DNA from: a virus
Taxonomy: Duplodnaviria > Caudoviricetes
Length of the DNA stretch: 46,746 nucleotides
Strand: one strand, 5' to 3'
Virus record (IMG/VR): IMGVR_UViG_3300048852_000128
Span: 1 to 46,746 of that record
How positions within the stretch are numbered: position 1 is the first letter of the stretch; each line of letters starts with the position of its first letter. Below the pieces are notes generated by a model. It was not told the DNA's origin, ran no database searches, and saw only the letters and a list, made by a program, of their open reading frames with translations. The translations under genes were made by a program, and so were the position numbers. This document shows, in pieces, positions 18,032-27,778 of the stretch.

Positions 18032-18220
18032 TGCTGCGGATGTGATGGGCGCTGCACACAATAGGATTCTATGTAACGCGTGTGCGGGTTGGAGGGTGAT
18101 CCGCTCCATGGCCCTCAGCCCCTTTGGCGGACACGGTTACACGGCTGATGCCGCTGGACGGAATGACCCGCCCTCCGTGGAAGCGGTCCGCCGGTAATGT
18201 AGTCCAGCGGCAGCGAAGGG

Positions 18221-18325
18221 GTGCTCGAGCCTGCTGTCGGCGAGATTGCGCGTCAGCGCTTCCCAGCGCGCGAGGGCGTTGCGGATGGCGCCTGTGAGGT
18301 CGCTCCTGCCCGAGATCCGGCTGAG
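18221..18325 (-). pseudogene. IS66-family TnpC transposase fragment
   Basis: Minus-strand frame reads LSRISGRSDLTGAIRNALARWEALTRNLADSRLEH, resembling the IS66 TnpC segment just before the IDNN motif. Confidence 0.7.
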
Positions 18326-18583
18326 CCAGGGCGCGCAATGTCAGGCCACGGTGCTCCCGCCAGACGCGGATCGGTGCCCGCCGGCGGTCAGGCGGTCGAC
18401 CTCCTCCATAGTCAGGAAGTCGGCCCGCGCTGCTACCTTGCCCAAGGCGGTCTCCTGCGCGTCGTGCACGTGCACGGCGGCCAGGTCGATGGCGTCCTCG
18501 CGCTCGCTCAGCAGCGCCTCGTAGTCGGCGCGAGAGAGGGTGATCGTGTAGGCCCTCTCGGCCAGGGGGGTGATGCGGTTCAT
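18326..18583 (-). pseudogene. Xre/HTH antitoxin, frameshifted and truncated
   Basis: MNRITPLA...LSRADYEALL...; a 1-nt shift near 18372 joins IRVWREHRGLTLRALA; HTH cut by the IS66 fragment. Confidence 0.75.
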
Positions 18584-18800
18584 CGCTCGTAGACCTCGCT
18601 GCGGTGGCCAACGTGGATCACGACCACATCGGCGCCGTCGATCATGAGCACGGCGCGCCAGTCGCCCTGACGAACGCGGAAGCGGCCGACCGGTGCGCCC
18701 GCATTGCCGTGACGCTGGGGTGCCGTTCCGTCGGCGCCGCGGCGATCGCCACCAGCCGGACGCGAAGCTGCTCCCGCTCCTTCTTCGGCACGGCCAGGCG
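18580..18800 (-). pseudogene. RelE/ParE-family toxin, 5'-truncated and frameshifted
   Basis: LAVPKKEREQLRVRLVAIA...; a 1-nt shift near 18699 gives GRFRVRQGDWRAVLMIDGADVVVIHVGHRSEVYER-stop, overlapping the antitoxin start. Confidence 0.8.
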
Positions 18801-18899
18801 GTCATGCCAAAAAATTCGCTGATAGCGAACATTCCCGGGCGAAGCGCGCCGCCCTGCCGGTTCCGGCATCCACCGCGCGCCATTGCACAGGAGATCAGC

Positions 18900-19601
18900 A
18901 TGAGGCTTTCCCCGCTCGCCCGGGCGGCGGCGCTCGCCCCGTTCCTTGGCCTGGGCGCCCGCGCCGCCCCCACGCCGCAGCCCCCTGCCGCCGCAGCGCA
19001 GCCGGCGCAGCCCGACGCCTCGGCTGCGCCGGTACTGCCCAGCGCGCAGCCTCCGGTGGCACCGCAGCCGGCCGCCACCGCAGGTACGAACCCGCCTCGC
19101 CGTCCCGCCTCCGCCGCACTGCCCGGCCAGCTCCCGCGCGCCGAGGAGCAGCAGCCGGAGGAGGAGGAGGAGCGGGCGCCCGGGGAAGAGGTCGCCGAGG
19201 AGGACGAGGATGAGGAGGACCGCGAGGAGATGCGCGGCACCGGTCCCGTCACCCAGGCCCGGGTCCGGGAGCGTGCGCGCATCGCCGCCATCCTCACCCA
19301 CCCCGCCGCCGCGGCGAGCCCGGCTCTGGCCCAGCAGCTCGCCTTCGGTACCCACATGGGCCGGCACGAGGCGGGCCGGGTGCTGGCCGCCGCCGGCACC
19401 GCCGCACCGGCACAGTCGCAGCAGTCCGCCGCCAGTTCCGCCGGCCATCTCTCCGCCGCGATGGCGGGCTTCGCCGGCCTGCGCCCCGGCCCTTCGGCGC
19501 CTCCGTCGGCCACGGGCCCGAAGGCGATCGACGCAAGCTGGGACCGCGCCCGCCAGCGCGCCGGCCTGTCCGTCGAGGCCGTCCCCGGCGCGGGCCGCTA
19601 G
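18900..19601 (+). CDS. Capsid scaffolding-like protein (Nu3-like)
   Basis: AGGAGA RBS, low-complexity Pro/Ala/Glu region, ERARIAAIL motif, upstream of the decoration gene. Confidence 0.75.
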   Translation: MRLSPLARAAALAPFLGLGARAAPTPQPPAAAAQPAQPDASAAPVLPSAQPPVAPQPAATAGTNPPRRPASAALPGQLPRAEEQQPEEEEERAPGEEVAEEDEDEEDREEMRGTGPVTQARVRERARIAAILTHPAAAASPALAQQLAFGTHMGRHEAGRVLAAAGTAAPAQSQQSAASSAGHLSAAMAGFAGLRPGPSAPPSATGPKAIDASWDRARQRAGLSVEAVPGAGR

Positions 19602-19681
19602 TCGGCCCGACACTCGCGGCGCGGGCCCTGGGCCCGCGCGGCACCTGCCCGCTCCACGCGCTTCAGGGAGATCCCCGCACC

Positions 19682-20347
19682 ATGTCCACCCTCACTGAGG
19701 GCACCCACGCCGGCCACTACCTGGTCAGCGAGGCGCCCGGCTACCGCTCGCGCGATGCCGCCACCATCGCCAACACCTCCGGCGCCGCGCTGCTCATGGC
19801 CGCCGGCCTGGTGCTGGTCAGCAGCGGCGCCGGCGCGCTGACCGTCACGCCCGGCGCCAACACCGGCAATGGCGTGCTCACGCCGCATGCCTCCGCGCCG
19901 GTCGGCGCCACGGCGCAGGTCGGGACCTATACCGCCCGCTGCATCACCGCCGCGACGAACGGCGGCACCTTCCGCATCACCGACCCGGCCGGCGACGTGC
20001 TGGGCGACGTGGCGGTCGGCACGGAGTGGAACAACCAGATCCGCTTCACCATCGCCGACGGCGCCACCGACTTCGTGGTGAACGACAGTTTCAGCCTGGC
20101 GGTCGCCGCCGGCGACGGCAGCCTGGTGCCCTTCACCAATGCCACGGGTAGGCCTGCCGTCGCCGTCCTGTTCGGCGGCGTCACCGTCCCGGCCTCGGGC
20201 AGCAGGCCCTGCACCATCACGGCGCGTGACGCCGAGGTGAATGCGGCCGAGCTGCAGTACGACGCCAGCCTTTCCGGCGCCGCGCTGACTGCGGCCAAGG
20301 CCGCGGCCAAGGCGCAGCTGGCGCTACAGGGCATCATCCTGCGCTGA
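19682..20347 (+). CDS. Head decoration protein (gpD-like, with internal insertion)
   Basis: HYLVSEAPGYRSRD N-terminus, ARDAEVN...LALQGIILR C-terminus. Confidence 0.85.
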   Translation: MSTLTEGTHAGHYLVSEAPGYRSRDAATIANTSGAALLMAAGLVLVSSGAGALTVTPGANTGNGVLTPHASAPVGATAQVGTYTARCITAATNGGTFRITDPAGDVLGDVAVGTEWNNQIRFTIADGATDFVVNDSFSLAVAAGDGSLVPFTNATGRPAVAVLFGGVTVPASGSRPCTITARDAEVNAAELQYDASLSGAALTAAKAAAKAQLALQGIILR

Positions 20348-20463
20348 ACCCGCCGTCAGCGGCCTGGGGCCTCCGGCCGCCTGCCGTTCCTCCTCCCGTC
20401 CCCGCGCGCAAGCGCAGCACCTCAGCCACCCGCCGCCCTGCGCGCGGGCCGGAGACCTGACCC

Positions 20464-21507
20464 ATGCTCGACATCTTCCGTGGCGATGCCTTCTCCACCA
20501 TCAGCTTGACCCGCTACGTGGAGCGCAACCCCTACCTGCCGATCGGCCTCGGCGAGCTCGGCCTGTTCGTGCCGACGCCGGTGCGCACCCGCACCGTGGC
20601 GGTGGAGGAGCGCGACGGCCAGCTCTCCGTCATCAAGACCAGCGAGCTCGGCGCCCCGCCGCAGGAGCGCACCGGCGAGAAGCGCAAGATCCGCGATCTG
20701 CGCACCACGCGCCTGGCGCTCTCCGACACGCTCTACGCCACCGAGGTCGAGGGCGTGCGCGACTTTGGCGAGGAGACGGCGCTGATGCAGATCCAGGCCG
20801 AGGTGGCGCGCCGGCTCTCCGGCCCCACGGGCCTGCAGAACAGCCTGGAACTGACGCGCGAGCGCCATCGCCTGGGCGCCATCCAGGGCATCGTGCTCGA
20901 TGCCGATGGCAGCACCATCTACAACTACTTCACCGAGTTTGGCATCGCCGAGCCCGCCGAGCTCAACTTCAACCTCGCCGACCGCACCGCGGGCTTCGAG
21001 GGCAGGCTGCGTAAGGCCTGCAACGCCGTCGTGCGGGCGATGATCCGGGCCTGCAAGGGCTCCTTCACCTCCCGCAGCCGCGTGGTCGCCATCTGCGGTG
21101 ACGAGTTCTGGGACGCCCTGACCACGCATCCCGACGTCGAGAAGACCTACCTGAACTGGCAGGCGGCGCAGGAACTGCGCGGCGGCAATGCCTTCGAGGC
21201 CATGGATTTCGGCGGCATCAGCTGGACGAATTACCGCGGCACCGACGACGGCACCACGGTGGCCGTCGGCACCGACAAGGTGCGCTTCGTGCCGCAGGGC
21301 GCCGGCGACGTCTTCCAGGAGGTGATGGCGCCGGCCGAGTTCGCGCCCTGGATCAACACGATGGGGAAGAAGGAATACGTCATCCCCATCGTCGACAAGG
21401 ACCGCAACGCCTGGTGGAAGCAGGAGATCTACAGCTACCCGCTGTTCCTCTGCTCCCGCCCCGAGGTGCTGATGCGCGGCAAACTTGCCACCGGCGCCTG
21501 GGCGTAA
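20464..21507 (+). CDS. Major capsid protein (lambda gpE family)
   Basis: 347 aa, MLDIFRGDAFSTISLT start, SYPLFLCSRPEVL end. Confidence 0.93.
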   Translation: MLDIFRGDAFSTISLTRYVERNPYLPIGLGELGLFVPTPVRTRTVAVEERDGQLSVIKTSELGAPPQERTGEKRKIRDLRTTRLALSDTLYATEVEGVRDFGEETALMQIQAEVARRLSGPTGLQNSLELTRERHRLGAIQGIVLDADGSTIYNYFTEFGIAEPAELNFNLADRTAGFEGRLRKACNAVVRAMIRACKGSFTSRSRVVAICGDEFWDALTTHPDVEKTYLNWQAAQELRGGNAFEAMDFGGISWTNYRGTDDGTTVAVGTDKVRFVPQGAGDVFQEVMAPAEFAPWINTMGKKEYVIPIVDKDRNAWWKQEIYSYPLFLCSRPEVLMRGKLATGAWA

Positions 21508-21519
21508 CCGGCGCAGGGC

Positions 21520-21918
21520 ATGACGGCCATGGCGATCGACTTCAGCGGCCTGCTGCTCGGCCCGGCCATGGCCGCCTTCGGTGTGACGGTGCTGATCCGC
21601 CGCGCGGAGGAGCAGCCGCTCACCATCACCGGCGTCTTCGACCGGGTCCATCTCAACCTCGGGCTGGATCCGCAGGATGCGCCGGTCTCCACCCATCAGG
21701 TGCAGCTAGGCCTGCAGCGCGGGGCCCTGCCGGCCGGCTTCACCCCGCGCCAGGGCGACCGCGTGCAGGTGCAGCTCCTGAACGGCGAGGCCGTGGACGT
21801 GCTGCCCGCCGTGCCGGGCGGGACGCTGGAGAGCTACAGCGTCAGCGACGTGCAGCCCGACGGCGCCGGCGGGATCCTGCTGATCTTGGGCGCCCGCAGC
21901 GAAGGCATGCCGCAGTGA
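21520..21918 (+). CDS. Head-tail joining protein (FII-like)
   Basis: Position after capsid; PRQGDRV and VSDVQPDGAG motifs. Confidence 0.7.
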   Translation: MTAMAIDFSGLLLGPAMAAFGVTVLIRRAEEQPLTITGVFDRVHLNLGLDPQDAPVSTHQVQLGLQRGALPAGFTPRQGDRVQVQLLNGEAVDVLPAVPGGTLESYSVSDVQPDGAGGILLILGARSEGMPQ

Positions 21919-22568
21919 GCGCGACCACCGTCGCCACCCGCGCCGATCTCGCGGATCTCCTGCGGCAGCTCCTGAGCGACGGCGTGCCGCAGGCGCAGGG
22001 CCGCGTCTATGCGGGGCGTGCCTGGCCGGTGCCGGGCGAGGGCAACGACGCCGGCTATCAGCCAATGCCGGCCGTCCTGCTGTACCTGGACTATCGCCGC
22101 CGCCGGTCGAAGTCCGGCCCGAACGCCGTGCCGACCTACGAGACGGTCTTCACCGCCACGATCATCGCCCGCGCGGAAGGTGGCAGCGAGGCCGAGGTAG
22201 AGGCGACGCTCGACGCCATCTCCGAGGCGATCGACGCGGCGCTGTTCCGCGAGGGCTCGCTCCTCGCCATCTGCGAGGACATCCGGGAGATGGAGACGCG
22301 CCGGAAGATCGAAGGGCAGGGCGAGCGGCATGTCGGCCAGGATGGCCACGCCGTCGACCTGGTCTTCACTGAGGACTTCGAGCCGGCCGAGGCGCGGCTC
22401 TCGCCCTTCACCAGCGTCCACGTCCGTCTCGACGCCATCGATCCCGCGGACCGCACTGGGGACTACGGCACCACGCCGCCCTGGCCGGCGCCCGCCGCCC
22501 CGACGCGCGCGTCCGGCCCGGACGGCCGCGCCGAGGCTGACCTGACCCTGACCATCCCGCAGAGCTGA
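21915..22568 (+). CDS. Tail terminator/completion protein
   Basis: GTG start overlapping the previous stop; GRVYAGRAWP motif; precedes the sheath. Confidence 0.65.
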   Translation: MSATTVATRADLADLLRQLLSDGVPQAQGRVYAGRAWPVPGEGNDAGYQPMPAVLLYLDYRRRRSKSGPNAVPTYETVFTATIIARAEGGSEAEVEATLDAISEAIDAALFREGSLLAICEDIREMETRRKIEGQGERHVGQDGHAVDLVFTEDFEPAEARLSPFTSVHVRLDAIDPADRTGDYGTTPPWPAPAAPTRASGPDGRAEADLTLTIPQS

Positions 22569-22580
22569 GGACCCCGAGCC

Positions 22581-24053
22581 ATGGCCATTGGCTTTTCGAC
22601 CATACCCGCAGATCTGCGGGTGCCGCTGTTCTACGCGGAGTTCGACGCGAGCCGGGCGAACAGCGCTCGGGCCGTGCAACGGGCGTTGCTGATCGGCCAG
22701 GCGACGGTCGCCTCGGTGCCCGCCACGCTGCGCTATGCCGCCTCGGTCGAGGATGTGGCGAGCCTCTGCGGCGCGGGCTCAATGATCGCCCGCATGATGC
22801 AGGCCTACCGGGCCAACGACCCGATTGGCGAGGTCTGGATCCTGCCGCTGCAGGACGCCGGCGCCGGCGTGGCCGCGACCTGCACCGTCACCGTCACCGG
22901 CCCGGCCACCGCCGCGGGCACCATCCCGCTCTATGCCGGCGGCCGGCTGGTCTCGGTCGGCGTCACCTCCGGCCAGGCCGCGACGGCGATCGCCACGGCC
23001 CTCGCCGCGGCGGTCAATGCCGATGCGCGCCTGCCGGTCACCGCCGTGGCCGCCAGCGCCGTGGTCACCCTGACGGCGCGCCACAAGGGCGCGGTCGGCA
23101 ATGCCATCGACGTGCGCCACAGCTACCGCGGCAGCGCGGGCGGGGAGGCCCTGCCGGCCGGCGTCGGGCTGACCATCACCGCGATGTCCGGTGGCGCCAC
23201 CGATCCCGACCTGTCCGAGCTCGAGGCGCGGCTGGGCGACGAGCCCTTCGACTTCATCGCGATGCCCTACACCGCCACCGGCCAGCTCGACGCCGTGGCC
23301 GCGGTGATGAACGACACCACGGGGCGCTGGAGCTACGCGCGTCAGCTTTACGGCCATGTCTTCTCCGCCAAATCCGACACCGCCGCGAACCTGCTGACCT
23401 TCGGCGCCGCGCGCAACGACCAGCACGCCACCATCCTCGGCGTGAATGCCAGCCCGACCCCGCCGGACGAATGGGCCGCTGCGGCCATGGCCGCCTCCGC
23501 CGTGTCGCTGCGCGTCGATCCGGCCCGTCCGCTGCAGACGCTCGGCATCGCCGGGGTGCTCACCCCGGCGGCGGGCAGCCGCTTCACCTTCAGTCAGCAG
23601 CAGAGCCTGCTCTCCGCCGGCATCGCCCTCCCGGCCTTCGGCGCGGACGGTAGCGCCATGATCCTGCGCATGGTGACGACGTACCAGAAGAACCGCTTCG
23701 GCCAGGCCGACAACAGCTATCTCGACACCGAGACGCTGTTTACCCTGATGGAGGTGATCCGCCGGCTGCGCAGCGTGGTGACCACCAAGTTCGCCCGCAG
23801 CAAGCTGGCGGACGATGGCGCGCGCTTCGGCCCGGGCCAGCCGATCGTCACGCCAAAGATCTTCAGGGCCGAGCTGGTGGCGCAGTACGCGACCATGGAA
23901 GCGGAGGGGTTGGTGGAGGACGCCGACGGCTTTGCCGCGGCGACGATCGTCGAGCGGGATGCGAACGACCGCTCCCGCCTCAATGTCCTGTATGCGCCGA
24001 ATCTCGTGAACGGCCTGCGCGTGCTGGCCGTGCTCGCGCAGTTCCGCGCCTGA
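22581..24053 (+). CDS. Tail sheath protein (Mu gpL-like)
   Basis: LRVPLFYAEFD, DPARPLQTL and TTYQKN...DNSYLD motifs. Confidence 0.93.
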   Translation: MAIGFSTIPADLRVPLFYAEFDASRANSARAVQRALLIGQATVASVPATLRYAASVEDVASLCGAGSMIARMMQAYRANDPIGEVWILPLQDAGAGVAATCTVTVTGPATAAGTIPLYAGGRLVSVGVTSGQAATAIATALAAAVNADARLPVTAVAASAVVTLTARHKGAVGNAIDVRHSYRGSAGGEALPAGVGLTITAMSGGATDPDLSELEARLGDEPFDFIAMPYTATGQLDAVAAVMNDTTGRWSYARQLYGHVFSAKSDTAANLLTFGAARNDQHATILGVNASPTPPDEWAAAAMAASAVSLRVDPARPLQTLGIAGVLTPAAGSRFTFSQQQSLLSAGIALPAFGADGSAMILRMVTTYQKNRFGQADNSYLDTETLFTLMEVIRRLRSVVTTKFARSKLADDGARFGPGQPIVTPKIFRAELVAQYATMEAEGLVEDADGFAAATIVERDANDRSRLNVLYAPNLVNGLRVLAVLAQFRA

Positions 24054-24088
24054 CCGACCCTCCACCCGCAGAGAAGGGGACCTGACCC

Positions 24089-24457
24089 ATGGCGCTGAAG
24101 CGCGTGGCCGGCACGGCCTATGTCTTCCGCGACGGCGTGCAGTACGCCGTCCAGGGCGAGCTGACGATCAGCCCGCTGTCCCGCACCCGCGAGCCCGTCA
24201 CCGGCGTCGACGGCGTGCACGGCTACAAGGAAGTGCCTCGGTCGCCAAGCATCTCGCTGAAGGTCACGAAGGACGAGAAGCTCAGCCTTAAGGCCTTCGA
24301 GGGCGTCACCAACTCCACCGTCACCGCCGAGATCGCCGACGGCACGGTCTATGTGCTGACCGAGGCGTTCCAGTCCGGTGACCTGGACTACAGCAACGAC
24401 GACGGCGGGGTGACCATCACCTTCAACGGCGCCGACTGCAAGGAGATCGGCGCGTGA
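24089..24457 (+). CDS. Tail tube protein (Mu gpM-like)
   Basis: 122 aa after the sheath, GVDGVHGYKE motif. Confidence 0.88.
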   Translation: MALKRVAGTAYVFRDGVQYAVQGELTISPLSRTREPVTGVDGVHGYKEVPRSPSISLKVTKDEKLSLKAFEGVTNSTVTAEIADGTVYVLTEAFQSGDLDYSNDDGGVTITFNGADCKEIGA

Positions 24458-24750
24458 CCGTCGTCCGCCTCAGCAAGCCGATCGAGGCGCACGGCAACAC
24501 GCTCTCCGAGCTGAAGCTGCGCGAGCCCACGGGCAGGGACCTCCGCACCTGTGGCGTGCCCTATCGCCTCGGCGCCGATGAATCGATGCAGATCGAGGCC
24601 TCTGTCATGCACCGCATGATCGCCCAGCTGGCGCAGGTGCCGCCGTCGGCGGTCGACCAGCTCTCGGCCAGCGACTGGCAGGAGGCGGCCACGGTGGTGC
24701 TGGGTTTTTTCGGTCCGGCGACGGGCAGCTCCGCCCCGACGACCTCCTGA
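24454..24750 (+). CDS. Tail assembly chaperone (gpG-equivalent)
   Basis: LSKPIEAHG...LKLREPT motif; slippery site near the 3' end. Confidence 0.85.
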   Translation: MTVVRLSKPIEAHGNTLSELKLREPTGRDLRTCGVPYRLGADESMQIEASVMHRMIAQLAQVPPSAVDQLSASDWQEAATVVLGFFGPATGSSAPTTS

Positions 24751-24887
24751 ACGCCTACTTCGACGCCGCGCGGTTCTGGCGCGACGTCGAGCATGTCATG
24801 GGCCTGACCCTGCCCGAGCTCCACCTCTACCTGGAGCAGGCGCAGCGCATCGCCGCCGCCGAGGCCGTGGCGGCCCGCTCCGCCTGA
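24702..24887 (+). CDS. -1 frameshift extension of the tail chaperone (gpGT-equivalent)
   Basis: G GGT TTT TTC at 24702-24711; the -1 frame is open to TGA at 24885-24887 (...AYFDAARFWRDVEHVMGLTLPELHLYLEQAQRI...). Confidence 0.8.
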   Translation, partial: GFFRSGDGQLRPDDLLNAYFDAARFWRDVEHVMGLTLPELHLYLEQAQRIAAAEAVAARSA

Positions 24888-24935
24888 GCCAACGCCGAGG
24901 CCACCCGACCCTCCTGACGGAGCCAAACCCCGCAG

Positions 24936-26546
24936 ATGGCCGTAAATCGCACCTTCCAGGCGGTGATATCCGTCCTGGACCGCACCGCCGCGCCGCTGCG
25001 GGCGATCCAGGCGCGGCTGCGCGGCCTGGCGCCGGAGACGCTGTCGGTCGGCCAGAACCTGCGCCTGATGGCGGACCGACTGCGCGCCCTGTCGGACCAG
25101 TCCGGCCTGACCCGGGTGGCGCAGATGGCGCGGCAGGCCGGTTCCGCCGTGGCCCGGCTGGGGGCGGGCCTGGCGGTGGTGGGCGGCACGCTGGGCGCGC
25201 TCGCCTCCGGCGCCGGGCTGGCCTACTTCGCGAACATGGTCCGCGGCACCGTCGATGCCGCGGGTGCACTGCAGGACCTGTCCGACCAGCTCGGCATGTC
25301 CGTCGAGGACATCCAGGAGTTCCAGCACGCCGGCGCGCAGGCCGGCATCGGCGCTGAGGCGATGACCGGCGCGCTGGAGAAGCTGCAGCGGGGCATCGCC
25401 GAGGCGGCGGCCGGGAAAAACGACGATCTGGCCGCGCTGTTCCGCCGCCTGCGGATCCCGCTGCGCAATGCCAGCGGCGAGCTGCGCTCCGCGTCCGAAC
25501 TGATGCCCGAACTCGCCGAGGGCTTCCGGCGCAACGAGAACGCGAGCCTGCGCACCCGCATGGCCATGGCCGTCTTCGGCCGCGCCGGCGGGCCAATGAT
25601 TCGCATGCTGCGGGGCGGCAGTGAGGCGCTCGAGGAGCAGCGGCGGCGCTTCCGCGAGCTCGGCGGGCAGATTCGCAGCGACAACGTCGGCGTGCTGGAC
25701 GAGGTTGGCGACCGCTACGCCGAGGTCGGCGTGGCCATCACCGGCGTCCGCGATGCCATCGCGGTCCGGCTGGCCCCGGCGCTGGCACCGCTGCTGGAGC
25801 AGTTCGCCACCTGGATCGCCGCCAACCGGGACCTGATCGCTACGAGGGTCACGGAATGGGTCACCGGCATCGCCACGGCGCTGGCCCGGATCGACCTGGC
25901 CGGCCTGATCGAGCAGTTCTCGGAATTCGCCGCCATGGTCAACCGCGTGGTGCAGCAGCTCGGCGGCTGGCGGCGGGTGCTGATCGTGATCGCGGTGGTG
26001 GCACTGGCGCCGATCATCCTGGCGCTTGGCAAGTTCCTGCTCATCGTCGGCGCGGTGGCCCTCGCCGCGACGTTGCTGATCGAGGCATGGGATCCGGTGC
26101 GCAGCTTCTTCGCCGATCTCTGGGACGGCATCGCGGGCCGGGTGGGCCGCTTCCTCAGCCGCCTGCGGCGCGAGATCGAGGCGGTGCGCAATCTGCTGCG
26201 GTCGCTGGAACCGGGTGGCAGCGGCAGCGACCCTGCCCGGCAGCAGGAGCAGCGCGGGAACCTTCGCGACCGCGGCCGCGCCGGCGGCGTCTACGACGGG
26301 CCCGCCATCGATCCCGACACCGGCGCGCCGGTCATCTATCCCGGCGCGCCCCGCGCCCTGCCGCAGCTCTACGCGCCCCCGGCCAGCGGTGGTGGTGCTG
26401 CCGCTCCGGCCTCGCAGCCGACCGAGGTGGTGGTGCGCTTCGAGGACCTGCCGCGCAACGCCCGCGTCGAGACCCGCCGCCGCGGTACGCTGCGGCCAGC
26501 GGTCGAGCTCGACGTCGGCTATGCCCGCCTTGGGGCCACGCCATGA
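24936..26546 (+). CDS. Tape measure protein
   Basis: Ala/Leu-rich helical 536 aa with a hydrophobic stretch, after the chaperone. Confidence 0.85.
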   Translation: MAVNRTFQAVISVLDRTAAPLRAIQARLRGLAPETLSVGQNLRLMADRLRALSDQSGLTRVAQMARQAGSAVARLGAGLAVVGGTLGALASGAGLAYFANMVRGTVDAAGALQDLSDQLGMSVEDIQEFQHAGAQAGIGAEAMTGALEKLQRGIAEAAAGKNDDLAALFRRLRIPLRNASGELRSASELMPELAEGFRRNENASLRTRMAMAVFGRAGGPMIRMLRGGSEALEEQRRRFRELGGQIRSDNVGVLDEVGDRYAEVGVAITGVRDAIAVRLAPALAPLLEQFATWIAANRDLIATRVTEWVTGIATALARIDLAGLIEQFSEFAAMVNRVVQQLGGWRRVLIVIAVVALAPIILALGKFLLIVGAVALAATLLIEAWDPVRSFFADLWDGIAGRVGRFLSRLRREIEAVRNLLRSLEPGGSGSDPARQQEQRGNLRDRGRAGGVYDGPAIDPDTGAPVIYPGAPRALPQLYAPPASGGGAAAPASQPTEVVVRFEDLPRNARVETRRRGTLRPAVELDVGYARLGATP

Positions 26547-27778
26547 GCTGGCGCGCCAACCTCCGCCGCGCCAGCTTCCGCGGCGTGCCCTTCTTCGTGC
26601 AGGAGGAGCTGGGCAAGGGCGGCCGCGCCATCGTGGTGCACCGCTTCCCGCTGGCCGAGGAACCCAAGCTCGAGGACCTGGGGCGGGACGTCTCCCGCTT
26701 TACCGTCACCGGTTACGTGATCGGCGAGGACTACCAGGCCGCGCGGGATGCGCTGATCGCCGCCTGCAAGGATGTCCCCGGTGTCGGCAGCCTGGTGCTG
26801 CCGCTGAAGGGCGAGCTGCAGGTTCGCTGCGAGAGCGTCACCTGGAGCGAATCGCTGCGCGAGGGCGGCATCTGCGCCTTCGACATCTCCTTCGTGGAGG
26901 AGAGCAGCCGGCCCGCGCCGCGGCGGGAGCCGGACCAGCTCCGCCTGGCGCTGCGGCAGGTGGGCGAGGTGCTGCGCGTGGCTCGGATCGGCTATGCCCT
27001 GTTCCGCGCCGCCCGCGGCGACATCGGCGGCTTCATCCGCGATGCGACCCTGTCCTGGCTGACCGGCGAGGCTGAGGGTTTCGCGCGCGACTATCTCGGC
27101 CTGCCGGGGCTCGATCTGTCCTCTGCCCGGCTCGCCGTGCGCGAACTGCTGGCCGATGACGCGACCGACCCCAGCCGCACCGCCACGCGCGCCACCGCCC
27201 CGTATCAGGCGCTCGCCGCCGCACCGGCTGTCGCCGCAGCGACGCCCGCAGTGACCGGCAGCGGCGCCGCCGAGCTGGCCACGGCATCGCGGGATGATGC
27301 GGCCGATCCCGGCGCCCTCGGCGCGCTGCTGCTGGCCCGCGCGGGGCTGCCTGCCCTGGTGGATCCGGATGACACGGCCCGGCTCGCCGATCTCGCCCGG
27401 GATGCGGCCGCTGCCGCGGCCGCGCAGGCCCTGGTGGAGGCGGCGTGGAGCAACGCCGATGCCGTGCTCGCCGCGCGGGACTGGCTGGCGCGCGTGCTCG
27501 AGGAGCGGATCGACGTGGCGGCGGACCGCGGCGCGGAGGGGGATGACGAGCTGATCATCGCGCTTCGGGCCCTCAGCGTGCAGTGCCGCCGGCACCTGAC
27601 CGATACGGCCGCAAGGCTGCCGCGCCGCATCGCCTATGCCATGCCGGGCCCGCTGCCGGCGCTCGCCCTGGCGCAGCGCCTGCACGCCGATGCCGGCCGG
27701 GCCGCCGAGCTGGTGGCGCTGAACGCGCCCCGCCACCCGGCCTTCATGCCGCTCGCCGGCGTCAGGCTGCGCCCATGA
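26543..27778 (+). CDS. Mu-like DNA circularisation protein (gp43-like)
   Basis: MSWRANLRRASFRGVPF start, HPAFMP end. Confidence 0.88.
   Translation: MSWRANLRRASFRGVPFFVQEELGKGGRAIVVHRFPLAEEPKLEDLGRDVSRFTVTGYVIGEDYQAARDALIAACKDVPGVGSLVLPLKGELQVRCESVTWSESLREGGICAFDISFVEESSRPAPRREPDQLRLALRQVGEVLRVARIGYALFRAARGDIGGFIRDATLSWLTGEAEGFARDYLGLPGLDLSSARLAVRELLADDATDPSRTATRATAPYQALAAAPAVAAATPAVTGSGAAELATASRDDAADPGALGALLLARAGLPALVDPDDTARLADLARDAAAAAAAQALVEAAWSNADAVLAARDWLARVLEERIDVAADRGAEGDDELIIALRALSVQCRRHLTDTAARLPRRIAYAMPGPLPALALAQRLHADAGRAAELVALNAPRHPAFMPLAGVRLRP

Noticed and set aside
18072-18141. Bona fide integron attC cassette site
   Set aside because: Core sites deviate from RYYYAAC/GTTRRRY, single copy, no IntI; kept only as an unexplained hairpin
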